A stretch of DNA of 64,000 nucleotides from a virus (taxonomy: Duplodnaviria; Caudoviricetes): the IMG/VR virus record IMGVR_UViG_3300028888_000074, positions 32,001 to 96,000 of that record, one strand, 5' to 3'. Under the pieces are notes generated by a model. That model had not been told where the DNA came from, did not search any database, and saw nothing but the letters and a program-made list of their open reading frames with translations. The stretch's first letter is position 1; every line of letters starts with the position of its first letter. Below, in pieces: positions 1 to 9,232 of the stretch. The position numbers and the translations under genes are program-made.

Positions 1-219
1 GACGAGATGATATTCGGATTCGAATTCACATTAATAAGTGACGACTGGTATCGCGACAATGTGTTCCAGTGCTCTGGAGACATGCACGATAAGAAAATGA
101 ATGAGTTCGAATCAATGGTGAAACGTGCCGAGAACGGCAGAATTCTGTTCGCAAAACATTTTTGTGGAATCTGGTGGTGAAAGAAATCTAAAAAAAAATA
201 ACAATAATGCAACAAAATT

Positions 220-1626
220 ATGGAAAATAAAAACATAGCTGACATTCTTAAAAACGCTCCACTCGGAGTTTTATTGTATTCACCAATTTGTGGATTTGTA
301 AATTTTGTTCATGTTTTTTGTGATATTGGGAAACGTAATCACATATTAGTAACATCTCAATTTGGTGATAAGAATTTTGAGTTTGATGAATTTGGAAAAT
401 ATAATCCAGATGGTGAATGTATGTTATTTCCAAGTAAATTCCACCAAGTTTGGGATGACTGGCAGAATAGCTTGTTTAATTTTGGCATCTTTATTACGAA
501 TATTGATGGGTATAAGGAAACATTTGTTATTAGTGGGTTTGACACTTCACTCGCATATAATTCTCATGCTAGAGAAGTAACCATAAATAAACTTGAATAC
601 AGGTATGCCACAAAAGAGGAAAAAGATGCATTTATATATGAGCTAGAAAGAAACGGTTATTTTTGGGATGAAAATAATTGTCAAATTAAAATGAAAATGT
701 CTGATTCAAATAAAGAAGAAGTGTCTAATTTACACAATTATCTATATAATGAGGATAGACGTGTAAACAAACTTGAAATTGACAATTATAGATTAACCGC
801 ATTAGTACTGCTTATAACCAAACATAACCTAACAAAAAAAGAAATTGAAGATAGTCTTAATATGCTTTCAAAGGCTAATACAATTAAAGAAATCAATGAA
901 GTTAGTGATAATATCTCAAAATTATATGGACTAACATATCTTGATGATGCTGCTAAGGCAATAATTGAACAGCAGGCAAGTAGTGAAGAAAAAAAACCAA
1001 CATTTAAAATTGGTGATAATGTAAGGATTAAGGAAAGAAAAGGTGATGAAGAAAATTATTACTGTCATTTCACTGATGAAATGCTTGGGTTTGTAGGTGG
1101 TGTTTATAAAATCAAGAGTGTGACAGAACAGTCTTGCATTAGAGGTGAAAACTTAATAGATGACGATGGCTTTGTCTATACGCTTTGGGGTGTGGATTGG
1201 TCATGGGCCAGCTCAATGCTTGAGCCTGTTGAAAAAAAGGAAATAATCAACGAAAAGAAAACGCCTTATTTGGTGAAGGGAAATGATTATTTGTGTATTG
1301 AGGATTTCTATGTAAATTCTGAACACCAAGACTCATTGTTTGAATGTGGTGAAATCTGCCATAGTGACGAAGACAATACAGTGAAAAACCACAACGGATG
1401 CATGTTTATTGACGGTCATGACGGAAATGCGGAAGTTTATTTTCAGGAAATAGACACATTAAACAAGGAGTTGACAAAGGTGAAACAGTATGCATATGAG
1501 AGATGGCATAAACTCTGGGAAATAATTCCAGGCACTGATAAACCAGACATAACAAAAGAGGACCTGAATAATCTCGGAAGGTTCATGGAAATCGAACAAC
1601 TGAATAATTTTTTGGAAAAATTGTAA
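220..1626 (+). CDS. hypothetical multi-module phage protein
   Basis: 468-aa ORF; mosaic of small modules (e.g. YRYATKEEK..LERNGYFWD, FKIGDNVRIK); no function assignable. Confidence 0.75.
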   Translation: MENKNIADILKNAPLGVLLYSPICGFVNFVHVFCDIGKRNHILVTSQFGDKNFEFDEFGKYNPDGECMLFPSKFHQVWDDWQNSLFNFGIFITNIDGYKETFVISGFDTSLAYNSHAREVTINKLEYRYATKEEKDAFIYELERNGYFWDENNCQIKMKMSDSNKEEVSNLHNYLYNEDRRVNKLEIDNYRLTALVLLITKHNLTKKEIEDSLNMLSKANTIKEINEVSDNISKLYGLTYLDDAAKAIIEQQASSEEKKPTFKIGDNVRIKERKGDEENYYCHFTDEMLGFVGGVYKIKSVTEQSCIRGENLIDDDGFVYTLWGVDWSWASSMLEPVEKKEIINEKKTPYLVKGNDYLCIEDFYVNSEHQDSLFECGEICHSDEDNTVKNHNGCMFIDGHDGNAEVYFQEIDTLNKELTKVKQYAYERWHKLWEIIPGTDKPDITKEDLNNLGRFMEIEQLNNFLEKL

Positions 1627-1628
1627 AT

Positions 1629-1763
1629 ATGCTAACAATAATGTGTATATTAGGAAACTATTGGTCGAAACATTATTTCAATTTTACTGAAAATGATGTT
1701 TGGAATTATGGTTTGTTAGGTGTATTTTTCGCAAGAATATTTGGAATAGATTGGTTAAAGTAA
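1629..1763 (+). CDS. small hypothetical protein (44 aa)
   Basis: Read directly from the sequence: MLTIMCILGNYWSKHY...FGIDWLK*; fills the gap between co-oriented ORFs. Confidence 0.5.
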   Translation: MLTIMCILGNYWSKHYFNFTENDVWNYGLLGVFFARIFGIDWLK

Positions 1764-1773
1764 ATTATATTTT

Positions 1774-2019
1774 ATGAAAGAAGAAACTATAAAACTCGCA
1801 TGGGAGATTTACAAAAAAACGCTGTCATATGAACTGGACAGTCTTAAAGTGAACGATGACGGAACGACAACACACTTGCATTCAGATAGGTTTCTAGACG
1901 AACATCCAGAAAGAAGGGACTCACCAGAATTCACAGATAACGAAGAGAAAGAACAGGCGGAGCTGATTGCAACCATGGCCCGTGCATTCTATAATGGAAA
2001 ATCATTATTTAATAATTAA
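1774..2019 (+). CDS. hypothetical protein
   Basis: 81-aa ORF in a tightly packed co-directional run. Confidence 0.7.
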   Translation: MKEETIKLAWEIYKKTLSYELDSLKVNDDGTTTHLHSDRFLDEHPERRDSPEFTDNEEKEQAELIATMARAFYNGKSLFNN

Positions 2020-2033
2020 AAACATATAATATT

Positions 2034-2891
2034 ATGGCAAACAAAGACAGTTTAGGCGATAGAATGAAAGAGAACTACGAAGGTAGGTTCAAATTTAAAT
2101 TAATGAGAAGAACACCAGTTATAATTAGAATCGATGGACGTGCATTTCATACGTGGACTAGAGGATTTAACAAACCTTTTGATAAAGTCCTATCCAACGC
2201 AATGGACAAGACAATGAAACAACTCTGTGAGAATATTCAGGGATGTGTGTTTGGGTACACACAGTCCGATGAAGTAACATTGGTACTTAATGATTACAAG
2301 AAACTTGAGAGTTCTGCATGGTTCGACAACGAGGTTCAGAAAATATGCAGTGTTGCGGCATCAATGGCTACAATGTATTTTAATAGGAATTTCTCAGACG
2401 AGGTGCAATCATTTTATTCTTGGGTTTATTTTAACGATTACGACATTAATGAAAAATTCCCAAAAGAAAACAGGTATATGGTGTCAGACAGTAAAAAAGC
2501 CGTTGACTTAATCGGAGTATATCAAAAGAAAGTTTTTACTGCTTTGTTTGACGCACGATGTTTCAACATTCCTGAATCAGAAGTCACAAATTGTACAATT
2601 TGGAGGCAGCAGGATTGTAGTAGAAATAGCATTGAAATGGTTGGAAGAACATATTTTTCCGATAAAGAACTCTTCAAGAAGAATTGTTCCAATATCCAAG
2701 ATATACTGATGGAGAAATACAATGTCAACTGGAACGACTTCCCCACCAGGTACAAGAGGGGCTGCGCTTGCTACAAGATGAATAGGTCGGAAAACGAGGC
2801 CGAGCGCGGGAAATGGGTCGTCGATTACGACATGCCGATTATCACCCAGGACAGGGAGTATGTTGAAAAATGGGTCAGACTCGACGGATAA
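2034..2891 (+). CDS. thg1: tRNA(His) guanylyltransferase Thg1 / Thg1-like 3'-5' polymerase
   Basis: Motifs IRIDGRAFH, GYTQSDEV, FDAR, WRQQD..RNSI, KRG. Confidence 0.92.
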   Translation: MANKDSLGDRMKENYEGRFKFKLMRRTPVIIRIDGRAFHTWTRGFNKPFDKVLSNAMDKTMKQLCENIQGCVFGYTQSDEVTLVLNDYKKLESSAWFDNEVQKICSVAASMATMYFNRNFSDEVQSFYSWVYFNDYDINEKFPKENRYMVSDSKKAVDLIGVYQKKVFTALFDARCFNIPESEVTNCTIWRQQDCSRNSIEMVGRTYFSDKELFKKNCSNIQDILMEKYNVNWNDFPTRYKRGCACYKMNRSENEAERGKWVVDYDMPIITQDREYVEKWVRLDG

Positions 2892-2915
2892 AACACAGAC
2901 AAAAACAAGCACAGA

Positions 2916-3149
2916 ATGAATGCAATATTACTAGTAGCTCTGGCATTGGCCGTAACGGTCTTTTGCTGCAATAGGAAAAGAAAAATACCGAACATCCATG
3001 TAACGGAGAAAACAACGGAATGCAAGGATTGCGGAAAATCTGGAAGCGTAATCATGGCGAATTCGATGGAATACCACGGCCCGAACAGACCTCCGTTAAT
3101 CATACCCGATTCGGACTACGACAGTTTCATAAAGGTTTATAACAACTAG
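2916..3149 (+). CDS. small membrane-anchored hypothetical protein
   Basis: Hydrophobic N-terminus, CxxC. Confidence 0.6.
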   Translation: MNAILLVALALAVTVFCCNRKRKIPNIHVTEKTTECKDCGKSGSVIMANSMEYHGPNRPPLIIPDSDYDSFIKVYNN

Positions 3150-3170
3150 CAAATAAAAAATTTCAAAGAC

Positions 3171-3572
3171 ATGCTTACAATCATCACGCTTTTAACACTC
3201 GGAACTGGGCTCTTTTGGCTTGGCGCACGGAAGGAAATCGCCCCAGCCGCCTTTCTGGGCGGCGCACTGTGCCTGGCCGCAATCGTCTGCCTGCTCACCC
3301 TAATCAACATTAACAACAGGTTCGAGGAGGAGAAGGAGCACTACGCGAACCTGAAGATGCAGGTTGAGGACTACAACGCGCTTCCAGACTCTTGCAAGAA
3401 CGTCTCATTCGAGTACGACATCAGGGAGGACGTGCTCAGGATGAACAACGACATCTCCGACCACAAGGTCATGTCCAGAAGCCCGTGGGTAAATATATGG
3501 TATTGTAAGGATATTGGAAAACTTGAAAAATTGCAAATATATCATGAAAACAAAAATGAAACAAATTATTGA
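3171..3572 (+). CDS. hypothetical membrane protein
   Basis: Two N-terminal hydrophobic segments. Confidence 0.7.
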   Translation: MLTIITLLTLGTGLFWLGARKEIAPAAFLGGALCLAAIVCLLTLININNRFEEEKEHYANLKMQVEDYNALPDSCKNVSFEYDIREDVLRMNNDISDHKVMSRSPWVNIWYCKDIGKLEKLQIYHENKNETNY

Positions 3573-3711
3573 CCGATTGAAAGCTGCAAAGGCAGCTAAC
3601 CGCTCTGATGAAATTAGAGCATACGGTAAGTCTATAAACTATTCAAACGTTTGTAGAAATCGAAAAAAATACACAAGAAAACAAAAGCATAAAAAAAAGC
3701 TGGAGAATTAA
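3544..3711 (+). CDS. small basic protein
   Basis: K/R-rich, ends KKYTRKQKHKK; start codon uncertain. Confidence 0.6.
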   Translation: MKTKMKQIIDRLKAAKAANRSDEIRAYGKSINYSNVCRNRKKYTRKQKHKKKLEN

Positions 3712-3723
3712 CTCCAGCTTTTT
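3695..3723. terminator. bidirectional intrinsic terminator
   Basis: AAAAGCTGGAG-aattaa-CTCCAGCTTTT between convergent genes. Confidence 0.8.
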
Positions 3724-3728
3724 TATTT

Positions 3729-4265
3729 TTACAAACACTTCCAACGGTCGTTCATTTCATGTGTCCAATACTGTGAAAGTGCTACTGCAATTACATGAAC
3801 ATGATTAAAAGCCCATTGATATTTGTCCACATCATTTATGTTGATAAAGGCAATATCTCCCACTTCATCTTTTTCATTTCCATTGTGAGAAAATTGTTCT
3901 TCGTAAAATGATTTGTCTTTAGATAGACTAATAAGATATCTAAATGACACATTTTGCCTTTTATCTGATGTAGGGTCAGAATTAATTCCAATCAATTCAA
4001 TATGTTCATAATTAAGGTCAACACCTGTTTCTTCTTTAATTTCACGTAGTACTGCTTCTTCTGTCGTTTCGTCAAAATCCAAATATCCACAGCATAGGTT
4101 CCACATACCTCTATATTCTTCATCTGGCGTACCTTCTCCACGTTGTGATGCAAGAACATAGTATTGCTCATTTTCCTTTAAAATTGGAATACCAACAACA
4201 GCAACTGAACGGCTGAACCATCCAATGAAATTTCCGTTTTTATCGTAAGATTCTTGATTTTTCAT
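3729..4265 (-). CDS. Nudix hydrolase (ADP-ribose pyrophosphatase-like)
   Basis: Nudix box GYLDFDETTEEAVLREIKEETG; SDP..D.R and WAFNH motifs typical of ADPRase/NrtR-type Nudix. Confidence 0.85.
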   Translation of the reverse strand: MKNQESYDKNGNFIGWFSRSVAVVGIPILKENEQYYVLASQRGEGTPDEEYRGMWNLCCGYLDFDETTEEAVLREIKEETGVDLNYEHIELIGINSDPTSDKRQNVSFRYLISLSKDKSFYEEQFSHNGNEKDEVGDIAFININDVDKYQWAFNHVHVIAVALSQYWTHEMNDRWKCL

Positions 4266-4590
4266 TTTTAATAATTTTATCTAATTCTTTAGTTAATTTA
4301 TCATTTTCAGCATTTAGAGCCATAACTTGCATTGTAGATAGATAACACTTTCTGAAATAAGGAATTTCACGCCTTTGTTTGCGTGTAGCCATACAATAAG
4401 CCAAAATAATATCATAGTCTTTTGTGCTCATATGTTTATACATTCCACATTTCAACATCTGTAGAGATTTCTTATACCAAAGATATGGAAGTGGGTCCAT
4501 TCCAAGGTGTAATCTTGATATAGTATCAGCTTCCATTAAATCAATAATATCTTTATTGCTTACTTTTGGCAAGGATAAATTATTATTCAT
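4240..4590 (-). CDS. hypothetical protein
   Basis: 116-aa ORF overlapping the Nudix start. Confidence 0.65.
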   Translation of the reverse strand: MNNNLSLPKVSNKDIIDLMEADTISRLHLGMDPLPYLWYKKSLQMLKCGMYKHMSTKDYDIILAYCMATRKQRREIPYFRKCYLSTMQVMALNAENDKLTKELDKIIKNEKSRILR

Positions 4591-4605
4591 ATTTATAAAT
4601 TTTAA

Positions 4606-6003
4606 TAGTTTCTAGCAAGAAGTCTCCCTCCTTTAGGCGGGGGTTGAATTGCTCTTTGTTATTTTATGGTTATTATACACTTTTTTTTGGAAAAACCAAA
4701 TACCTTTTGTAATACACCAAACTATTTATACATACATGTTAAAAGCGTTCAAATACAGACTGTTGCCAGATACCGAACAGGCCGAGTACATCAAACGTAC
4801 CATCGGCTCGGCCAGGTTTGTCTACAACTGGCTGTTGAATGACTACAAGGAACAGCTTGACATTTATAACCAGAATAACAAGCAAGGAAACAAACCAATA
4901 ATCAAGGAAGTCACTGAAGCCAAAAAGGACAATTATTTCCTGTCTGGCGTGGATTCATTGGCCTTGGCCAATGCCAAGCTCAACCTGAACACGGCATTGA
5001 GGAACTTCTTCGACTCACGGAATGGAAAAAGAAAGGGCAGGAAAATCGGGTTCCCGAAACCACACAAGAAAACGAAATGCAGATGGAGTTACACAACGAA
5101 CAACCAGGGAGGAAACATAAGGGTTGAAAACGGGCACATCTGTCTACCGAAAATAAAGTGGGTCAAACTAATACAGCACAGGGAACTGGAAGGAGTGATA
5201 CGAAGCGCAACCGTTTCCATGGAACGGAACGGCGATTTCTATGTCTCGGTTCTCTGCAACGTGGAACAAGCAAAGAAACAAAGACAAAAACCAGATACAA
5301 TCAAGGTCGTCGGCCTTGATATGTCATACACCGAATTCGTTGTCGATTCCGACACGTTGTCTGACGATACGAAACCCAAGTACGTCAGGCAATACAGGAG
5401 TAATGAGAAGAAACGGTCAAGGCTTAACCGAGCCATGTCAAGAAAGGCAATCGGTTCCAGGAACAGGGACAAAGCCAGAGTCAGGCTTGCAAAGCTTGAC
5501 AGGCACATTGCAAACTGCCGAACTGATTTCGCCCACAAGATGAGCAGGCACTATGCTGAGAACTATGACGTTATTGTAATAGAAGACATAGACATGCAGT
5601 CGCAAGCCAGGAAAAAGATGAGGGGACACGGAAAGTCAGCCAACGACTTGGGCTGGGGACAGTTCAAGTCTTACCTGAAATACAAATGCGAGATATATGG
5701 GTCGCTTTTTGTTGTTGCGGACAAATGGTTTGCAAGTTCGAAGACATGTAACCTTTGCGGAACGGTCAACCACGGATTGACGTTGTCCGACAGGGAGTGG
5801 ACATGTCCAGAATGCGGAGCAACACTACATCGTGACTACAATGCGGCATGTAACCTCAGGGACTGGTATTTTGAAAGATATAATACCGTAGGGACTACGG
5901 GAATTCACGCTTGTGGAGATTCAGCCGATACAGCAGGGGGAACCCTGCTGCAAGCTGGGTCGTTGAAACAAGAAGCACCTTCCTTCAGGGAGGGGTAGTT
6001 CAC
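4606..6003 (+). mobile_element. IS200/IS605-family tnpB-only element 1 (target motif probably TTAA)
   Basis: Left-end hairpin CTCCCTCC-ttta-GGCGGGGG at 4624; right end GAAG-hairpin-TAGTTCAC ending at 6003; left boundary uncertain by about 1 nt. Confidence 0.85.
4736..5998 (+). CDS. tnpB: RNA-guided endonuclease TnpB
   Basis: MLKAFKYRL HTH start; RuvC-I VGLD, RuvC-II VIED, Zn finger CNLC/CPEC, RuvC-III RDYNAA. Confidence 0.95.
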   Translation: MLKAFKYRLLPDTEQAEYIKRTIGSARFVYNWLLNDYKEQLDIYNQNNKQGNKPIIKEVTEAKKDNYFLSGVDSLALANAKLNLNTALRNFFDSRNGKRKGRKIGFPKPHKKTKCRWSYTTNNQGGNIRVENGHICLPKIKWVKLIQHRELEGVIRSATVSMERNGDFYVSVLCNVEQAKKQRQKPDTIKVVGLDMSYTEFVVDSDTLSDDTKPKYVRQYRSNEKKRSRLNRAMSRKAIGSRNRDKARVRLAKLDRHIANCRTDFAHKMSRHYAENYDVIVIEDIDMQSQARKKMRGHGKSANDLGWGQFKSYLKYKCEIYGSLFVVADKWFASSKTCNLCGTVNHGLTLSDREWTCPECGATLHRDYNAACNLRDWYFERYNTVGTTGIHACGDSADTAGGTLLQAGSLKQEAPSFREG

Positions 6004-6039
6004 ATTAACAATACTATTATACAATAATATTTTTTAATT

Positions 6040-7236
6040 TCAAACTTTTAATTTCAATTGCATTCTAGCCATGTTTATCTCTGTGGAATCACCCATATGC
6101 TTTCCAGCATCGTCAGAAATCTTGATGCAATTTTCCCAATCTGAATTTCTATCAAGACGGCACCCTTTTAATTTCATAACAATGTTAGCTGGACTCCAAG
6201 ATACACCCGTATCATTTGTTAAGTTAGTACCTATACCGAAACTTACATTACATCTACCTTTAAACTCATCATTAATACGTTTTGCCTTATCAAAGTCAAG
6301 AGAATTACTGAAAACAATAAGTTTTGATTTAGGGTCAATTCCGAACGACCTAATCTTATTCAATATCTTAATACCAACTTCAATTTCATCACCGCTATCC
6401 TGTCTGAACCCAGACAATAGATGAGCTTGTTTTTTAGTCAGTGTGTTGAGAAACGAATCTGTTGTATATGTATCAACTAATGCGGTTCCAAGGTCACCTT
6501 GATATACATCAATCCAATCTTCAAGACTGAGATAGTTTGCACGTTTATAACCAAATGTAGCTCCATGAAACATAACCCATTCGTGAGGGAACGTCCCAAT
6601 AGGCTTCATATTGTATTTCATAGCGAAGTAAACATTTGATGTTCCAGCACATGTTTTAGACTCACTCTTGATTTGTTTAATAACAAATTCCTGTACATCA
6701 GCACTATATCTTCTTCTTGTTCCAAATTCACTGAAAACGATATTGTTTTTATTTGCTAACATAAGTTTATCGTGTAGATTGTTACAAATAGTGAAGATAC
6801 TTGGTTCCTCATTTAATGATTCCTCTTTTAGTTTGTTTCTAATTTCAGAATAAATTGATAAAACCATAATTTCATAAAGCGTAACTTTATACAGTTTATC
6901 AATTGCCTTGCAATGAAATACATTGTCTTCATCAAACCAAAAATCCATTTTGTCAGGATTAAATCTAAATGTTGACAACCATTCCCAATATGTTGCTGGA
7001 ATATATGGAATATTTTTTATACACCAGCACATTTCATCATCAGTTAATGAAAGTTGCTTTACTTCATTGATTTGTTCATTAAACATTTCAATAAATTTAT
7101 CCTTCAATTCTGGTTCCCAAGACTCTTCACGTCTGTCGGTAAATTCAAATATACCCTGTGCATTCGGGTATAGTTTAAAATAAGCATAGCTTGTGCTAAA
7201 TTTATAAAGGTCTGTGTCTAAAATACTTTTAACCAT
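6040..7236 (-). CDS. pncB: nicotinate phosphoribosyltransferase
   Basis: SILDTDLYK, EFGTRRR, GTSNV, GTFPHEW, RQDSGD, FGIGTNL, NIVMK, KISD. Confidence 0.93.
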   Translation of the reverse strand: MVKSILDTDLYKFSTSYAYFKLYPNAQGIFEFTDRREESWEPELKDKFIEMFNEQINEVKQLSLTDDEMCWCIKNIPYIPATYWEWLSTFRFNPDKMDFWFDEDNVFHCKAIDKLYKVTLYEIMVLSIYSEIRNKLKEESLNEEPSIFTICNNLHDKLMLANKNNIVFSEFGTRRRYSADVQEFVIKQIKSESKTCAGTSNVYFAMKYNMKPIGTFPHEWVMFHGATFGYKRANYLSLEDWIDVYQGDLGTALVDTYTTDSFLNTLTKKQAHLLSGFRQDSGDEIEVGIKILNKIRSFGIDPKSKLIVFSNSLDFDKAKRINDEFKGRCNVSFGIGTNLTNDTGVSWSPANIVMKLKGCRLDRNSDWENCIKISDDAGKHMGDSTEINMARMQLKLKV

Positions 7237-7306
7237 TTTCTTATGAATTAAGTTTTAATAATCTAAGTCTTGCATGATTGTTTTTCAATTCATCAAAATC
7301 TTTTAC

Positions 7307-8694
7307 GATTAACGTGCAAGAAAGCCCACTGCTTTAGCTGTGGGATGAATTGCACTCTATTATAATATACATTTTTTTTGAAAAAACCAAAACTTTTTCA
7401 AAAAACACACTATTTATAAGTACATGATACAGTACAGGACATATACAATCAGGCTGTTTCCGAACATGGAGCAGGAACAGGAACTCAAAAACCTGTCCCT
7501 TGCAAGGAACATTTTGTATAACATGCTTGTCGGAATCGAACAGAAAACCTATGAGGAGACAAGGAAAATAAAAACCGAGTTCGACCTAGACAGGGATATC
7601 ACTGTATTGCGAAAAGAACACCCGTTCCTGACCAAACTCAACTCCAAGGCGAGCCAGAGAGTCGCCAAGGAGGTGTATTCAGCATACAAATCGTTCTTCA
7701 GCCTTGTCAAAAAGGACAAGACGGCGAAACCGCCTAAGCAAATGAAAGACGTGAATAGGTTCCATACAGTGGCATACAACCAGACTGGCTGGAAGTTTAT
7801 CAGCGAGAACACATTAAAGTTGAACGGTTTAATCGTGAACTACAAGGGAATCCCTGGCATGGATTACAAGTCCATGGCGGTTAAGGAAGTCAAACTGAAA
7901 CGTGTGAATGGAAAGTATCTGCTGGACTTGAGTGTGGCAAACAGTGTGGAGGAAAAACAAACAATAACCAATGAAAACAAGGTGCTTGCGATAGACCTCG
8001 GCCTAAAGAACCTTTGCAACGGCGTGGACAACCTCGGCTCTGTTGTAGTGTTACCAAACAAAGCCAGGAAAATAAACAGGTACTTCAGGAAACAGATATC
8101 GGCTGTACAGTCGAAGATGGACAGGTGCATCAAGGGCAGCAGCCGACACTGCAAGCTCAAAAAAACGAAAAGGAAACTCTATAACAGGAGGAATGCACAG
8201 ATAAAACAGACTCTGCATATCCAGAGTAAAAAACTGGTGGATATGAACTACAAGACGATTGTAGTTGGTGACTTGAGTGTGAAGAAGCTGATGGATAAGG
8301 GGAGCAACAAGCTGACCAAGACTTCCAGAAGCTTCGGCGAATCATCGATAGCCACATTCATGGAATACCTTGCATACAAGTGCCAGAACAGCAACACCGA
8401 GCTGGTGACAATCAACGAGATGTGGACAACACAGCAGAACTGTCTGACTGGCAAGCTGTTCAAGGAGAAGGTCGGACTGTCCGACAGGACTGTCATGCTT
8501 TCGGATTCCATAGAGATAGACCGTGATTTGAACGCCGCAATCAACATAATGAAGCGGTACGAGCAGAATCACCTTGCGCTGCTGACAGCGCCGCTGGATG
8601 TTTCCAGTGTGGTCAACAGGCACAACCTGTTGACAGATACGTGTTCTTGAAACAGGTCAAGAACCCCACGGTTTTAACCGTGTGAGTATGTCAG
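7307..8694 (+). mobile_element. IS200/IS605-family tnpB-only element 2 (target motif TTAC)
   Basis: TTAC|GATTAACGTGCAAGAAAG-hairpin(CCCACTGCTTTAGCTGTGGG); right end GAAC-hairpin-GAGTATGTCAG; removing it restores the pncA reading frame. Confidence 0.92.
7424..8650 (+). CDS. tnpB: TnpB with atypical RuvC-II and degenerate Zn finger
   Basis: LAIDLG, IVVGDL (no canonical Glu), INEMWTTQ, DRDLNAAIN. Confidence 0.9.
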   Translation: MIQYRTYTIRLFPNMEQEQELKNLSLARNILYNMLVGIEQKTYEETRKIKTEFDLDRDITVLRKEHPFLTKLNSKASQRVAKEVYSAYKSFFSLVKKDKTAKPPKQMKDVNRFHTVAYNQTGWKFISENTLKLNGLIVNYKGIPGMDYKSMAVKEVKLKRVNGKYLLDLSVANSVEEKQTITNENKVLAIDLGLKNLCNGVDNLGSVVVLPNKARKINRYFRKQISAVQSKMDRCIKGSSRHCKLKKTKRKLYNRRNAQIKQTLHIQSKKLVDMNYKTIVVGDLSVKKLMDKGSNKLTKTSRSFGESSIATFMEYLAYKCQNSNTELVTINEMWTTQQNCLTGKLFKEKVGLSDRTVMLSDSIEIDRDLNAAINIMKRYEQNHLALLTAPLDVSSVVNRHNLLTDTCS

Positions 8695-9225
8695 AATGTT
8701 TATTTGGCACGATTCCATAATATGTATAGCATGCTCATGGTTTTCTTGTGTGGTCCCAGCACAACATGGTTCAATTAAGTAGATTTCAGTTTCTGGAAAC
8801 ATACTTGACAATTGAAAAGCAGTGCTTACGACACAAATATCTGTACATACACCACAAATGAATATTTTATCGCTGCTAGCATCAAAATCCCAGAATTTAT
8901 CATAAAGTTGTTTCTGTCCAGGGGCGAATGAATATTTTTCAATAAAATCAACATTTGGTTGTGAATATAAACTGTCGTAAATAGGCTTCACCAACTTGTG
9001 CCCATTTGTGTTTTGTATACAATGTGGTACTGGCAAGTGTCTACCTTCTTTTGTTGTAGTGTACTTGTCATTGTGAGTGTCAAGAGTACATATCACTTTG
9101 TCAAAACAAAAATTTTCAAGCAAACTTACATTTTCATCAATAACTTTTTGAAAATCTGGAACAGAAAGACAACCACCAAGAAAGTCGTTCTGCATGTCAA
9201 CTAATACAAGATAATCTTTATTCAT
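8674..9225 (-). CDS. pncA: nicotinamidase / isochorismatase-family cysteine hydrolase; C-terminus altered by the IS insertion
   Basis: VDMQNDF, DTH, PHC, EK, GVCTDICV; directly upstream of pncB once the IS is removed. Confidence 0.88.
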   Translation of the reverse strand: MNKDYLVLVDMQNDFLGGCLSVPDFQKVIDENVSLLENFCFDKVICTLDTHNDKYTTTKEGRHLPVPHCIQNTNGHKLVKPIYDSLYSQPNVDFIEKYSFAPGQKQLYDKFWDFDASSDKIFICGVCTDICVVSTAFQLSSMFPETEIYLIEPCCAGTTQENHEHAIHIMESCQINILTYSHG

Positions 9226-9232
9226 AATAATT

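Noticed and set aside
4649-4735. Extended N-termini from the ORF track (tnpB1, 24208, 25280, 41965, 39887, 57495 and others)
   Set aside because: They run through promoter motifs, IS ends or terminators; downstream ATGs match the family N-termini
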